The notes below the pieces were generated by a model. The model ran no database searches and was not told the DNA's origin. It saw only the letters and a list, made by a program, of their open reading frames with translations. A DNA stretch of 64,000 nt from Candidatus Uhrbacteria bacterium. Its GTDB lineage: Bacteria; Patescibacteriota; Patescibacteriia; UBA9934. The stretch spans positions 11,814 to 75,813 of the forward strand of contig CAIKHN010000019.1 of NCBI GenBank assembly GCA_903827265.1, in the 5' to 3' direction. This document shows positions 49,505 through 58,081 of this stretch, one piece after another; the stretch's first letter is position 1, and every line of letters starts with the position of its first letter. A program made the position numbers and the translations under genes.

Positions 49505-52201
49505 TTATGACACAAGTGCTGCGTGCTCTTTTTGGAGCGCAGCAAGTTTTTCTTGAAGATCGGCGAGCTTCTGACGTTCCCCGGCAATGACCTTCTCCGG
49601 CGCACGAGCTACAAAATCCGTATTCGCAAGTTTTGATTCTTGGGCTGCGATGAATTTTGTCGCTTCGGCGATCTCGGATTCGATTCGGATCTTTTCCGAA
49701 GCAGCGTCGACGGCTGGCAATTGTACGAAGATCTGCGCTGCGCCAACCACAATCGGCGTAATCGACTCCGGTCGCTCCATGCTTGATCGGACAATCTTCA
49801 CTTTCGTGAGGCCGCCGATAACCGACTCCATTTCCGCCAAAGCACCAGCATTGACGATCGTAATCGACTCAACATCCTTCGGTAACGTCTTATGTTCCGA
49901 GAGATAATTACGAATCGCAATTACCGCCGAGCACACCTGATCGAATGCCGCTCGATCCTCCGACGACAATTCGTGCTCAACCGTTGGCCACTTTGCAACA
50001 ATAATCATTCCGGAGTCGAAGTTCTTATAGATTTCCTCGGTAACGAATGGTGCAAATGGGTGCCAAAGGATAAGCAAACGTTCGAGAATGTAGAGAAGAA
50101 TATCGCTCTTCTCGCCTTCGATTTTGGCGATTTCGAGGTACCAGTCCGCGAAGTCGTTCCACGTAAAGTCACGCAACACTTCGATGGCGAGCGAGAAGTC
50201 GTAACGATCGATGAGTAAACTAACCTTCTTTGCTGTCTCACTAAACCGCGCAAGGATCCATTTGTCGGCAAGCGTCTTCGGCTCCACCTCCCCCCGACCC
50301 CCTCCTTCGTAAGGAGGGGGAGTCTTCGCGGAAAGAATAAATCGCGAGATATTCCACAGCTTGTTCACAAGGTTACGCGATGCTTCAACTTTCTCAATGT
50401 AATATCGCGAATCGTTTCCTGGAGTGTTTCCGGAAAGCAACGAAACGCGCAATGCATCGCAACCGTATTCTTCGATAACTTCAATAGGATCAATTCCATT
50501 ACCAGAAGACTTTGAGAACTTCTTTCCGTCCTTATCACGAAGAATACCGTGAATGTATGCGTCCTTAAATGGAATCTGGTTCAGCGCATACGTGCTCATG
50601 AGAATCATGCGCATCAACCACAAATACAAAATTTCATATCCCATCTGAATCCAGTTCGTTGGATGAAACTGTTCAAGATCGGAAGGCTTGCCGTCCGTAG
50701 CCTTGGCGAAGGACGGCCAACCGAGCGTCGAGAATGTCCACGATCCGCTCGAGAACCACGTATCGAGCGTGTCTTCATCTTGAACCCAGCCTTCGCCTTC
50801 TGGTTTTGCGCCGACAAAGATCTCCACCCCCTCCAACTCCCCCTCGGAAAGGGGGAGAGATTTAGTCTTCCGATACCACGCAGGAATACGATGACCCCAC
50901 CAGAGCTGGCGCGAAAGGCACCAGTCGCGGAGATTTTCGATGCGATCGAGATAGAGTTTCGTGAATCGATCTGGCGTAATCGAAACTTTTTGTTCGGATT
51001 TCCCATCGAGTCCAGTGGTAACCGCCTCACGCATCAAATCACGCAGCGTTTTGCCGCGACCAGGAATTTCTTTGTTCACGTTCAACCACCACTGCGTCAT
51101 CGGAATTGCCTCAATAACGTCGCCATACCGATCAGATGTACCAACGTTCTGAATAACCTTTTCTTCTTTTTCGAGAAGTCCTTGTTCCTTCAGCCACGAA
51201 ACAACTCTTTCGCGCGCAGCCTCAATGGTCATGCCGGCGACAGATCCTGCGTCGGCGGTCATCTTCCCGTCTGCGCCGATCACTTGCTTGATTTCGATAG
51301 GATCATTTTTCGCCTTCTGCACTTCGTACATTCCGAAATCGATCGCACTGTGTGCCGGAGTAACGCCGAGCGCGCCGGTTCCAAATGACGGATCAACTGC
51401 ATCGCTCGCGATCACTTTGATTGAAAGCTTTGCGCTGGCGAATTCAACATCGTATGTTTTTCCAACGAATGTTTTGTATCGATCATCAGTTGGATGCACT
51501 GCAACAGCCGTATCGCCAACCTTTGTTTCTGGACGTGTCGTGGAAATCGTGATCGGAAAATCTTTGCTGTATTTAAACGTGTACAGCATCGACTCGCGTT
51601 CGATAGTTTCGATCTCGTCATCAGAACACGTGGACTGGCCTTTCACCGACCAATTCACCACGCGGAAACCACGATAGATGAGTCCATCGTTGTACATGCG
51701 TGTGAAAAGTTCGTTCACCGCAGCGCTCCGTTTGTCGTCGAACGTGTATGCCAAACGGCTCCAGTCTGCACTGGTTCCTAATTTCTTTACCTGTGTAAGA
51801 ATCGTCGATTTTGAGCTTTCAGCAAACTCGCGAATTTTCTCAAGCAACCCTTCGCGGCCAAGCTCTTGCCGGGGATTCTTCATTCCACCAGCCATGAGAT
51901 TTTTCTCAACACGAGCCTGTGTGGCGATTGCGGCGTGGTCGGTTCCCGGCACAAGAAGCACCTTCTTTCCCAATAAACGCTGATAGCGAACCATCGCGTC
52001 CATGAGGGAGTTTTCAAGCGCATGGCCAAGGTGAAGCACGCCCGTCACGTTTGGCGGAGGCATCACCACAGTGAACGCTTCGGTGGAATCAGTAATGTTT
52101 GGCAAACCCTCTGGCGCAAAATAGCCTGAGCTTAGCCAAGATTCATAAATTCCATCCTCCACGAGCTTCGCCTCGTACGCCTTTGCCATTTCGTTTGCCA
52201 T
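49505..52201 (-). CDS. valS: Valyl-tRNA synthetase
   Basis: MANEMAKAYEAKLVEDGIYESW...PPPNVTGVLHLGHA class I motif. The anticodon-binding region (FTWNDFADWYLE) and the coiled-coil C-terminus are present. ATG verified at 52201. The first 374 aa of the track's ORF (to 53323) are antisense read-through of the GC-rich cassette. Confidence 0.9.
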   Translation of the reverse strand: MANEMAKAYEAKLVEDGIYESWLSSGYFAPEGLPNITDSTEAFTVVMPPPNVTGVLHLGHALENSLMDAMVRYQRLLGKKVLLVPGTDHAAIATQARVEKNLMAGGMKNPRQELGREGLLEKIREFAESSKSTILTQVKKLGTSADWSRLAYTFDDKRSAAVNELFTRMYNDGLIYRGFRVVNWSVKGQSTCSDDEIETIERESMLYTFKYSKDFPITISTTRPETKVGDTAVAVHPTDDRYKTFVGKTYDVEFASAKLSIKVIASDAVDPSFGTGALGVTPAHSAIDFGMYEVQKAKNDPIEIKQVIGADGKMTADAGSVAGMTIEAARERVVSWLKEQGLLEKEEKVIQNVGTSDRYGDVIEAIPMTQWWLNVNKEIPGRGKTLRDLMREAVTTGLDGKSEQKVSITPDRFTKLYLDRIENLRDWCLSRQLWWGHRIPAWYRKTKSLPLSEGELEGVEIFVGAKPEGEGWVQDEDTLDTWFSSGSWTFSTLGWPSFAKATDGKPSDLEQFHPTNWIQMGYEILYLWLMRMILMSTYALNQIPFKDAYIHGILRDKDGKKFSKSSGNGIDPIEVIEEYGCDALRVSLLSGNTPGNDSRYYIEKVEASRNLVNKLWNISRFILSAKTPPPYEGGGRGEVEPKTLADKWILARFSETAKKVSLLIDRYDFSLAIEVLRDFTWNDFADWYLEIAKIEGEKSDILLYILERLLILWHPFAPFVTEEIYKNFDSGMIIVAKWPTVEHELSSEDRAAFDQVCSAVIAIRNYLSEHKTLPKDVESITIVNAGALAEMESVIGGLTKVKIVRSSMERPESITPIVVGAAQIFVQLPAVDAASEKIRIESEIAEATKFIAAQESKLANTDFVARAPEKVIAGERQKLADLQEKLAALQKEHAALVS
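50279..50330. repeat. GC-rich palindromic repeat element, copy 3 (inside valS, in frame; encodes ...KTPPPYEGGGRGEVEP...)
   Basis: GGCTCCACCTCCCCCCGACCCCCTCCTT-CGTA-AGGAGGGGGAGTCTTC. Shares the GGCTCCA start and the CCCCCT...GGGGGAG hairpin with copies 1 and 2. Confidence 0.65.
50811..50870. repeat. GC-rich palindromic repeat element, copy 2 (inside valS, in frame; encodes ...KSLPLSEGELEGVEI...)
   Basis: TCTCCACCCCCTCCAACTCCCCCTCGGAAAGGGGGAGAG. About 88 percent identical over about 42 bp to the reverse complement of copy 1. Confidence 0.7.
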
Positions 52202-52267
52202 AGATAGGACAGAGTGTAGACGAAAGACGGATTTTATGGTAGGTTTTTCTCCGTTCTCGGAGCTTCT

Positions 52268-52606
52268 GTGCCTTCCAACAATCGTCCTGCCCAGCCTATC
52301 GTGAGCGCCGCCGAAGGCGCGCACAGCCGTCTGTCCGCGATCCTCAAAACCCAAAAAGGAGAAGACGCAAGACGACTGCGTCGCGCGATCAATAGCATTC
52401 TCAACATGATCGACCGGTTCGCCGCCGGCGACATTACCAAGCGTCAGGAGATACCTCCCAGTGTCCAACGCAACCCCACGACGGATATCGAACGGAAAGT
52501 GATGGCGTTCTGGAGGGCAACGGACCTTCTGCAGGACCGAATGTTCGATGGGCGTTCCCCGGTCTCCGAGGAAACCATCATCGCTACCTTCCATGCGATC
52601 TCCTGA
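52268..52606 (+). CDS. Small hypothetical protein, paralog A (short form) of a 3-member tandem family. GC-rich
   Basis: GTG-start ORF. Its C-terminal half aligns to paralog C (EIP..R..T....RKV......LL..R.....S..T...I.AF). Confidence 0.5.
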   Translation: MPSNNRPAQPIVSAAEGAHSRLSAILKTQKGEDARRLRRAINSILNMIDRFAAGDITKRQEIPPSVQRNPTTDIERKVMAFWRATDLLQDRMFDGRSPVSEETIIATFHAIS

Positions 52607-52620
52607 TCGCACCACATCAC

Positions 52621-52669
52621 CAACGCACGCCACGGCCCGCTCTTCGAGAGTCGGGCCGTGGATTGTTTT
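52621..52669 (+). terminator. 49-bp repeat unit containing a 13-bp-stem hairpin plus T-tract (intrinsic terminator), copy 1
   Basis: CAACGCACGCCACGGCCCGCTCTTCGAGAGTCGGGCCGTGGATTGTTTT. Identical copy at 53311..53359. Confidence 0.7.
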
Positions 52670-52738
52670 CTGAAAATATTGAAAAAAATGACGTTCTCGG
52701 CTAATCTTTGGCGGGACAACTTTCCCCCGAGGTTCATC

Positions 52739-53287
52739 GTGAAACTGCCTACTACCGCAATCCTCAGCAAATACATGGATGCCGTCCGCCGCATCCAGAA
52801 GATGATCGACGCCTGCAAGGGCGCGCACGCCGACGCATGGCTCAAAGCGATGATCGCCATCAACGAGACGTATGGCAGCATGACGGGAATTCCGTACCGC
52901 GTGATCGACTCCAAAATGCTTTGCTTGGGCGTCGGCAGGCAGGTCTGGCGTCTCTACCACGCCGTGCAACTCCTCGCGGAGTATCGGTTCACGCCAGACA
53001 CTGACGTGACGGAAGAGGACGTGATAAAGGCGTTCGACAAGGTTGCCAGCAACGCGCGTGGCAACGACACCATCTTCACGTGCGACAACGTGTCCCCGGC
53101 AGCACAGCGCGCAATGCTCAACACGCCCTTCTTCAACGACGGGCTGCCCGGATGGATCGTCGAAGGAGTCGGGACCGAATCGCCTACCATGTTCGTAATC
53201 ACCGGAAGCTTCGGCGTGACCGCGGAGCATCTCCCGGAGAACGTCCAGTTCAATCCGGAGCTGAAGATCTGGGACGTCGTTCGCTGA
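52739..53287 (+). CDS. Small hypothetical protein, paralog B. GC-rich
   Basis: About 35 percent identical to paralog C over the shared core (IPY...G.GR.V..L..A.QLLAE.R.....T.E.DVI.AFD). I placed the start at the GTG at 52739, which has GAGG 7 nt upstream. The track's start at 52658 lies inside the terminator repeat. Confidence 0.5.
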   Translation: MKLPTTAILSKYMDAVRRIQKMIDACKGAHADAWLKAMIAINETYGSMTGIPYRVIDSKMLCLGVGRQVWRLYHAVQLLAEYRFTPDTDVTEEDVIKAFDKVASNARGNDTIFTCDNVSPAAQRAMLNTPFFNDGLPGWIVEGVGTESPTMFVITGSFGVTAEHLPENVQFNPELKIWDVVR

Positions 53288-53310
53288 CAAGGCGTCGGCA
53301 CACAGCAACA

Positions 53311-53359
53311 CAACGCACGCCACGGCCCGCTCTTCGAGAGTCGGGCCGTGGATTGTTTT
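53311..53359 (+). terminator. 49-bp terminator-containing repeat, copy 2
   Basis: Identical to 52621..52669. Confidence 0.7.
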
Positions 53360-53362
53360 TAT

Positions 53363-53391
53363 TGACTTTTTGGCATTTTTCGGCTTACTAT
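53363..53391 (+). promoter_or_regulatory. Sigma70-like promoter for paralog C (TTGACT-N17-TACTAT)
   Basis: Read directly from the sequence. GGAG lies 8 nt upstream of the ATG at 53420. Confidence 0.45.
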
Positions 53392-53419
53392 AGCGACGGC
53401 ATCAACGCCCGGAGACACC

Positions 53420-54007
53420 ATGTCCCTGCAGCTCATTCCCAAGACTCAAGCCCCGACCGACAACCTTCTTCACGCCCAGGAACGTGCGTTCGAAAGCCTC
53501 ATCGTCACCATGAATACCCCCGGAGGCGGGAGGGCGCCGAGGCACCGCATGATTCAAAACATGCTCACCGAACTCGGGGTGCTCTCCAGGAATCTGAGGG
53601 AAATTCCGTACTTCCATTCCATTCGACAGGTCGAAACTGACGGAATCGGACGGAAGGTTCATCACCTCTTCGCTGCGATGCAGCTCCTCGCGGAGTGGCG
53701 CGACGAACCGACATCGGGAACGACCGAAGCGGACGTCATCGCCGCGTTCGATCTCGCGATGGCGTCGAGCACCAACGACGCCGCGATCTTCCCCGGCGGC
53801 AACGTCCATCCGGCCGTGAAGCGCCTCATCGTCGAGGGACAGAGGCATCGGCCAGAAGGAACGAGCAAAATGTCGATCCGACTCATGCACCCGAATCCGA
53901 AGATCGAGATCGATCTCCCAGGGAACGCATCGCCAATCACCGACACCGTCCCGCCGATCGTTCGGCTCAATCCTCAGACGTTCGTATGGGAGATCTTCCC
54001 GCACTGA
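53420..54007 (+). CDS. Small hypothetical protein, paralog C. GC-rich
   Basis: ORF with its own promoter and RBS. Paralogous to A and B. Confidence 0.55.
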   Translation: MSLQLIPKTQAPTDNLLHAQERAFESLIVTMNTPGGGRAPRHRMIQNMLTELGVLSRNLREIPYFHSIRQVETDGIGRKVHHLFAAMQLLAEWRDEPTSGTTEADVIAAFDLAMASSTNDAAIFPGGNVHPAVKRLIVEGQRHRPEGTSKMSIRLMHPNPKIEIDLPGNASPITDTVPPIVRLNPQTFVWEIFPH

Positions 54008-54343
54008 AGCTCACGGCTCGGCCTCCCAGGAGGTCGAGCCGTTCGTCGTTTCATAACAGAAACGAGCGGCCCGTAGGCCGCCCGTCGTTGTTCCTGCGTG
54101 TCGCTGCGTCTGGTCAATCGCCGGTCGTCGACGGAGCGTAGACGAACAGCTCCTCAAACGGAACCGGGGATGGGATCGGGAGAGTGAGGTTGGTCAAAAG
54201 ACCTCCTTGCCTCGCACGAGAGTGTGCAGAGGACAACGAACCTTAGCGAATATTTGTAAAAATGTCCACATTCGTCGGAAGCAAGATCTTGACCAGAGCA
54301 ACCCTGACCGATAGGCTTACCCCTTACCCCTCGTTTACCCCGC

Positions 54344-55483
54344 ATGTCCTTGGCGCTCTTCCAGCAATTCCACGAAACACTCAAGCGGGCGAAGCGTCCG
54401 GTTGTTGTGCTTCGATCTGAACCATCGGTCGACGATTTCACTGCTGCATTTAGCATTGCCGCACTGTGCAAAACACTTGGCGTTCCTTGCGCAATTGTCA
54501 CCAGCGGCGGACGAGCTCCTGATGCGTTGAAGTTTCTTTCTGTTTTTCAAGATGTCGTCGGCGATCTTGGAAACATCAACGCGCTTACCCTTCGCGTAAA
54601 ACTCGATCACGCAAAAGTGGACGGACTCACGTACGCCGTCAACGGCAACGATCTCGTTGTCACTATCACACCAAAAACCGGCTCATGGCAGCCAAGCGAT
54701 GTTCACATCGAGAGCAATGATTATCGTTTCGATCTCATTATCGCAATTGGGACGCCAGATCGATCGAGCCTTGGCGCACTTTTTTCAACCTACGCGGATT
54801 TCTTTGTAAAAACTCCAACCGTCGTTATCGACCACGGCCCAGAAAACGAACACTTTGGCACCATCAACATCATCGATTTAACCGCAACGAGCGTTTCAGA
54901 AGTTTGCTTTAACCTCTTCACACACATCGACGCAACGATCGTCACCTCTGACATTGCGACCACTCTCCTCACCGGCATGATGAGTAAAACAAAGAGCTTC
55001 CGCGCGCCGAACGTTTCGCCAAAGACGCTCGAAATCGCACAAAAGCTCATGGAGAAGAAGGCGGACCGCGAGGCGATCGTGGAACATCTCTATCGAACAC
55101 GATCGGTGGAAACACTTCGCCTTTGGGGCCGCGCGCTTGCTCGACTGAAGGCTGATGAATCGATCGGCTTCGTCTGGACGCTCATCACTAAACAGGATTT
55201 TGTCACCGCTGGCGCAGGCGACGATGCGTTGCGCGACATTGCCGACGAGCTTCTTCTTACTTCCCCTTCCGCGAAAGTCGCCCTCATCCTTTTTGAAACC
55301 CAAACCGGAACCATCGCCGGACAACTCTTCGCACAACGACCGTTCGATGCCCTCGTTCTCGGCGCCCCGTTCCGCGCCACCGGCACCCGCGAGTTTGCCC
55401 ATCTTTCTCTTACCCAAACCGACATCGTCTCCGCAGAACGCGGCGTCATTTCGCATCTCAAAACGAGTTTGCGCCAGAAATAG
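54344..55483 (+). CDS. DHH/DHHA1-family phosphoesterase (NrnA-like)
   Basis: Two-domain pattern (VVLRSEPSVDDFTAAFSIA...VIDHGPENEHFG...; C-terminal GGGH-like region is degenerate). Family assignment moderate. Confidence 0.55.
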   Translation: MSLALFQQFHETLKRAKRPVVVLRSEPSVDDFTAAFSIAALCKTLGVPCAIVTSGGRAPDALKFLSVFQDVVGDLGNINALTLRVKLDHAKVDGLTYAVNGNDLVVTITPKTGSWQPSDVHIESNDYRFDLIIAIGTPDRSSLGALFSTYADFFVKTPTVVIDHGPENEHFGTINIIDLTATSVSEVCFNLFTHIDATIVTSDIATTLLTGMMSKTKSFRAPNVSPKTLEIAQKLMEKKADREAIVEHLYRTRSVETLRLWGRALARLKADESIGFVWTLITKQDFVTAGAGDDALRDIADELLLTSPSAKVALILFETQTGTIAGQLFAQRPFDALVLGAPFRATGTREFAHLSLTQTDIVSAERGVISHLKTSLRQK

Positions 55484-55539
55484 TCTTTTGCTAAACGCGT
55501 CGAGCTTGAGCCCAAGAAGGGATCGCTCGCGTGGTCTCT

Positions 55540-55697
55540 TCAGTTTCCCTCCCACTCTTTCTTCCACTCAAATCCCACCGATCCACACTCCGCACATTTC
55601 ATTTCAAAATACGGTTGATCACCTCGTTGTTCCGTTAGGCCAGTCCAGGTTTCCTTACCACCACACAGCGGGCACTCGGATTCAATAGGTTGCATAT
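55540..55697 (-). CDS. Small zinc-ribbon protein (about 52 aa, CPLCGG...CAECG)
   Basis: MQPIESECPLCGGKETWTGLTEQRGDQPYFEMKCAECGSVGFEWKKEWEGN. The upstream part of the track's ORF is judged an extension. Confidence 0.45.
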
Positions 55698-55748
55698 ACG
55701 GAAATCGTATCATGCGACATCGATGTTCCAAATGGCACATGTTACAAT

Positions 55749-57182
55749 ATGCGCATGGACTCGCTTTGGTATTCAACTCGTGCAATGCCGGCGCACCGCA
55801 GAGTCGGCGCATACGTCGCAGACACCGCTCCACTCGGGCTGTTGTTTAAGCTTGTTCGCGACATTCCCGCTGCGGATCCATATCTTGTTGGCGGAACCGT
55901 TCGCGACGCGGTTCTTGGCGTCGTTCCACATCGAGCTCATGTTCTTGTTCGCGATGTCGCGCCACCACTCTTAAACAAATTCCTCAACGCCAATGGCACG
56001 GTTACGCAACACTCCAACGGCCATTGGCACGTCACACCTCGCGGTACACACGAAACGATTTCCGTTTCCGTCCCCCACGTTCGGACCCTCGATCATTCCG
56101 GAACTACAACGCGAATTCCTGCGCACGAACGATCGCTGCACGACGACCTTGCCGCTCGCGATTTTTCGATAAATTCCATGGCGTATTCGCTGAAAGACGG
56201 AATTCTTCACGATCCTCACGGCGGACTCCACGACCTCATCAACCGAAAAACAATCCGCACACTTCATCATCCAGAACTCCACCTTTCCCAAGAACCAGCA
56301 CTCGTTTCTCGTGCCATTCGCTTAGCAAGCCAATACGGACTCACGTTCGACGAAGCGCTCTGGAGTGCAATTCCGCGTCATCACGCATCGGTTCATCGCA
56401 CGGATCACGACGAAGACGGCAACAATCGATACGTTATTCCTCGTGTTCGCCTTGGCCACGATGTATTAATGGCGCTTGCGCATAATCCGAAATACGCACT
56501 TACACTCTTAAAAGACAGCGGCGCGCTTGAATCCCTCGCTCCAGAATTACTTCAACACGGGGCTACCGTGCACGACGACGGCGAAACCGGCTGGCAAAAG
56601 ACACATCGCCTCTTCGATATTCTTGAGCATCACGACATTGCTCGCGCATACGGCGCCGCAAAAAAGAGTGCAACGCTCTACCTCGCAGGCCTTCTCACGC
56701 TTCTCGACGACCGCGCGATGGGCACCCTCCGCGATATCGTCACTCGTCTCCATTTGCACGCCGTCGACGATCATCGCCTGCACTTCGATCACACAGACGC
56801 GGGCTGGATGTTGAACAAAACTGTCACACTTACTCAAGGCCACGCGAAAGAACTCTCCCCCGCCGAACGCGAACGGCTCGTCCGCGGAGCGCGCGGCGCA
56901 GAGCTTCTTGCGCTCCTCGACGCAACGGCAAGCGCAAAACACGAACATGGTATTGCTCGCGAAAATCTTATTCACTTACGCAACGAACGCGAACGCTGGC
57001 TGAACAATCCCGCTCCAGACGAACTCGTCCGCGGCCGCGATCTGCTTGCCCTCAACTTCTCCCCAGGCGCTCACCTCCGAGGAATCCTCGACAAAATCCG
57101 CAGCGCCCAACTCGACGGCCATCTCTCCTCCCGCGCCGCCGCCCTGGACTTCGCTCGATACCTCGCTGCGCAGAATGGATAA
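55749..57182 (+). CDS. tRNA nucleotidyltransferase / poly(A) polymerase-family protein (CCA-adding-enzyme-like) with a non-canonical catalytic motif
   Basis: YLVGGTVRDAVLG head motif and RDFSINSMAY motif. The DxD position reads PHRAH. Confidence 0.6.
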   Translation: MRMDSLWYSTRAMPAHRRVGAYVADTAPLGLLFKLVRDIPAADPYLVGGTVRDAVLGVVPHRAHVLVRDVAPPLLNKFLNANGTVTQHSNGHWHVTPRGTHETISVSVPHVRTLDHSGTTTRIPAHERSLHDDLAARDFSINSMAYSLKDGILHDPHGGLHDLINRKTIRTLHHPELHLSQEPALVSRAIRLASQYGLTFDEALWSAIPRHHASVHRTDHDEDGNNRYVIPRVRLGHDVLMALAHNPKYALTLLKDSGALESLAPELLQHGATVHDDGETGWQKTHRLFDILEHHDIARAYGAAKKSATLYLAGLLTLLDDRAMGTLRDIVTRLHLHAVDDHRLHFDHTDAGWMLNKTVTLTQGHAKELSPAERERLVRGARGAELLALLDATASAKHEHGIARENLIHLRNERERWLNNPAPDELVRGRDLLALNFSPGAHLRGILDKIRSAQLDGHLSSRAAALDFARYLAAQNG

Positions 57183-57195
57183 TCGTTTCATAACA

Positions 57196-57224
57196 AAATA
57201 CCGTCCGCAATGGACGGTATTTTG
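57196..57224. terminator. Bidirectional intrinsic terminator (AAAATACCGTCC-gcaa-tGGACGGTATTTTGT) shared by the convergent CCA-like gene and tRNA-Val(GAC)
   Basis: Perfect 9-bp stem flanked by an A-tract and a T-tract. Confidence 0.7.
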
Positions 57225-57301
57225 TGGTGCGCGCACGTGGACTCGAACCACGGACCTTCACAATGTCAATGTGACGCTCTAACCAACTGAGCTATGCGCG
57301 C
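57225..57301 (-). tRNA. tRNA-Val (anticodon GAC)
   Basis: GCGCGCATAGCTCAGTTGGTTAGAGCGTCACATTGACATTGTGAAGGTCCGTGGTTCGAGTCCACGTGCGCGCACCA. Confidence 0.85.
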
Positions 57302-57525
57302 TTGGAGGGCTTCCTCGTTTTGCCTATTTTCGGCTTGCTGCGTCGCACATTCGCTCGACGTACCGAGAAGTACGCCTCGCAAACTGTGCTCCTGGCGTAC
57401 CGAAACTAGCCTAAAACGAGAAAGCCCTCTTCAATCTGAATGAAAAACTAGCCTCAAATAAGAAAGTTCTACAATCTCGGTCGATGAAAAGGATACGATT
57501 CACGACGAACAATGTCAATCCTCAT

Positions 57526-57903
57526 CTACCTCGACTTTTCAATACGAGAAAAAAGGAGGGCAACCATTCCGGCGGTGAGAAGAAGTGCAAAGAACATGCC
57601 TCCGGCAACCAAGATCGCAGAAATATTACAGGAAAGAAGATCGCCGAATGCGTGAAACGCTTCTGGACTTGGCGCAGGGCAACGCGCCGCACGATTGTTT
57701 GCGGCAAGCAATACGCCGGTTGTCGCGGCACCGTATGCGGCAGCAACACTGCCAAATGTAAACAAACAACTAAAACGAGCCTTGCGCATGCTCATGGCGC
57801 TCGCCGTTGCGACAAGAGAAAAAAACACGCCTCCAATAATCCAATAGACAATAAACCACGTCGTAAAGAGCATCCAGACCATGGTGTGAGGATTTGTCTG
57901 CAT
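57526..57903 (-). CDS. Hypothetical membrane protein (125 aa, 3-4 TM)
   Basis: Hydrophobic ORF, ATG verified. Confidence 0.45.
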   Translation of the reverse strand: MQTNPHTMVWMLFTTWFIVYWIIGGVFFSLVATASAMSMRKARFSCLFTFGSVAAAYGAATTGVLLAANNRAARCPAPSPEAFHAFGDLLSCNISAILVAGGMFFALLLTAGMVALLFSRIEKSR

Positions 57904-57915
57904 AATTACGAATTC

Positions 57916-58074
57916 CTAAAGTGCGCCAAGCGCAAGAAAAAGCACAGCGCCCGCACCGAATGCCGCAAGGAGGAAGACATAGCTCAACCCAACGAATTCG
58001 TGGTTATGGTGCTGACGGCCAAGTATACCAAAAGTAATACCGAGAAAGAGAAGCAGTGGAGGAATAAAATACAT
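57916..58074 (-). CDS. Very small membrane protein (about 52 aa, 2 TM), below the ORF-track cutoff
   Basis: Hand translation gives MYFIPPLLLFLGITFGILGRQHHNHEFVGLSYVFLLAAFGAGAVLFLALGAL*. It sits between tRNA-Ile and the 125-aa membrane protein. Confidence 0.35.
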   Translation of the reverse strand: MYFIPPLLLFLGITFGILGRQHHNHEFVGLSYVFLLAAFGAGAVLFLALGAL

Positions 58075-58081
58075 AGAATTC

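Noticed and set aside
52202-53323. N-terminal 374 aa of the track ORF 49505..53323
   Set aside because: Everything upstream of MANEMAKAYEAK is Arg/His-rich junk antisense to the paralog cassette. The conserved ValRS N-terminus begins at the ATG at 52201.
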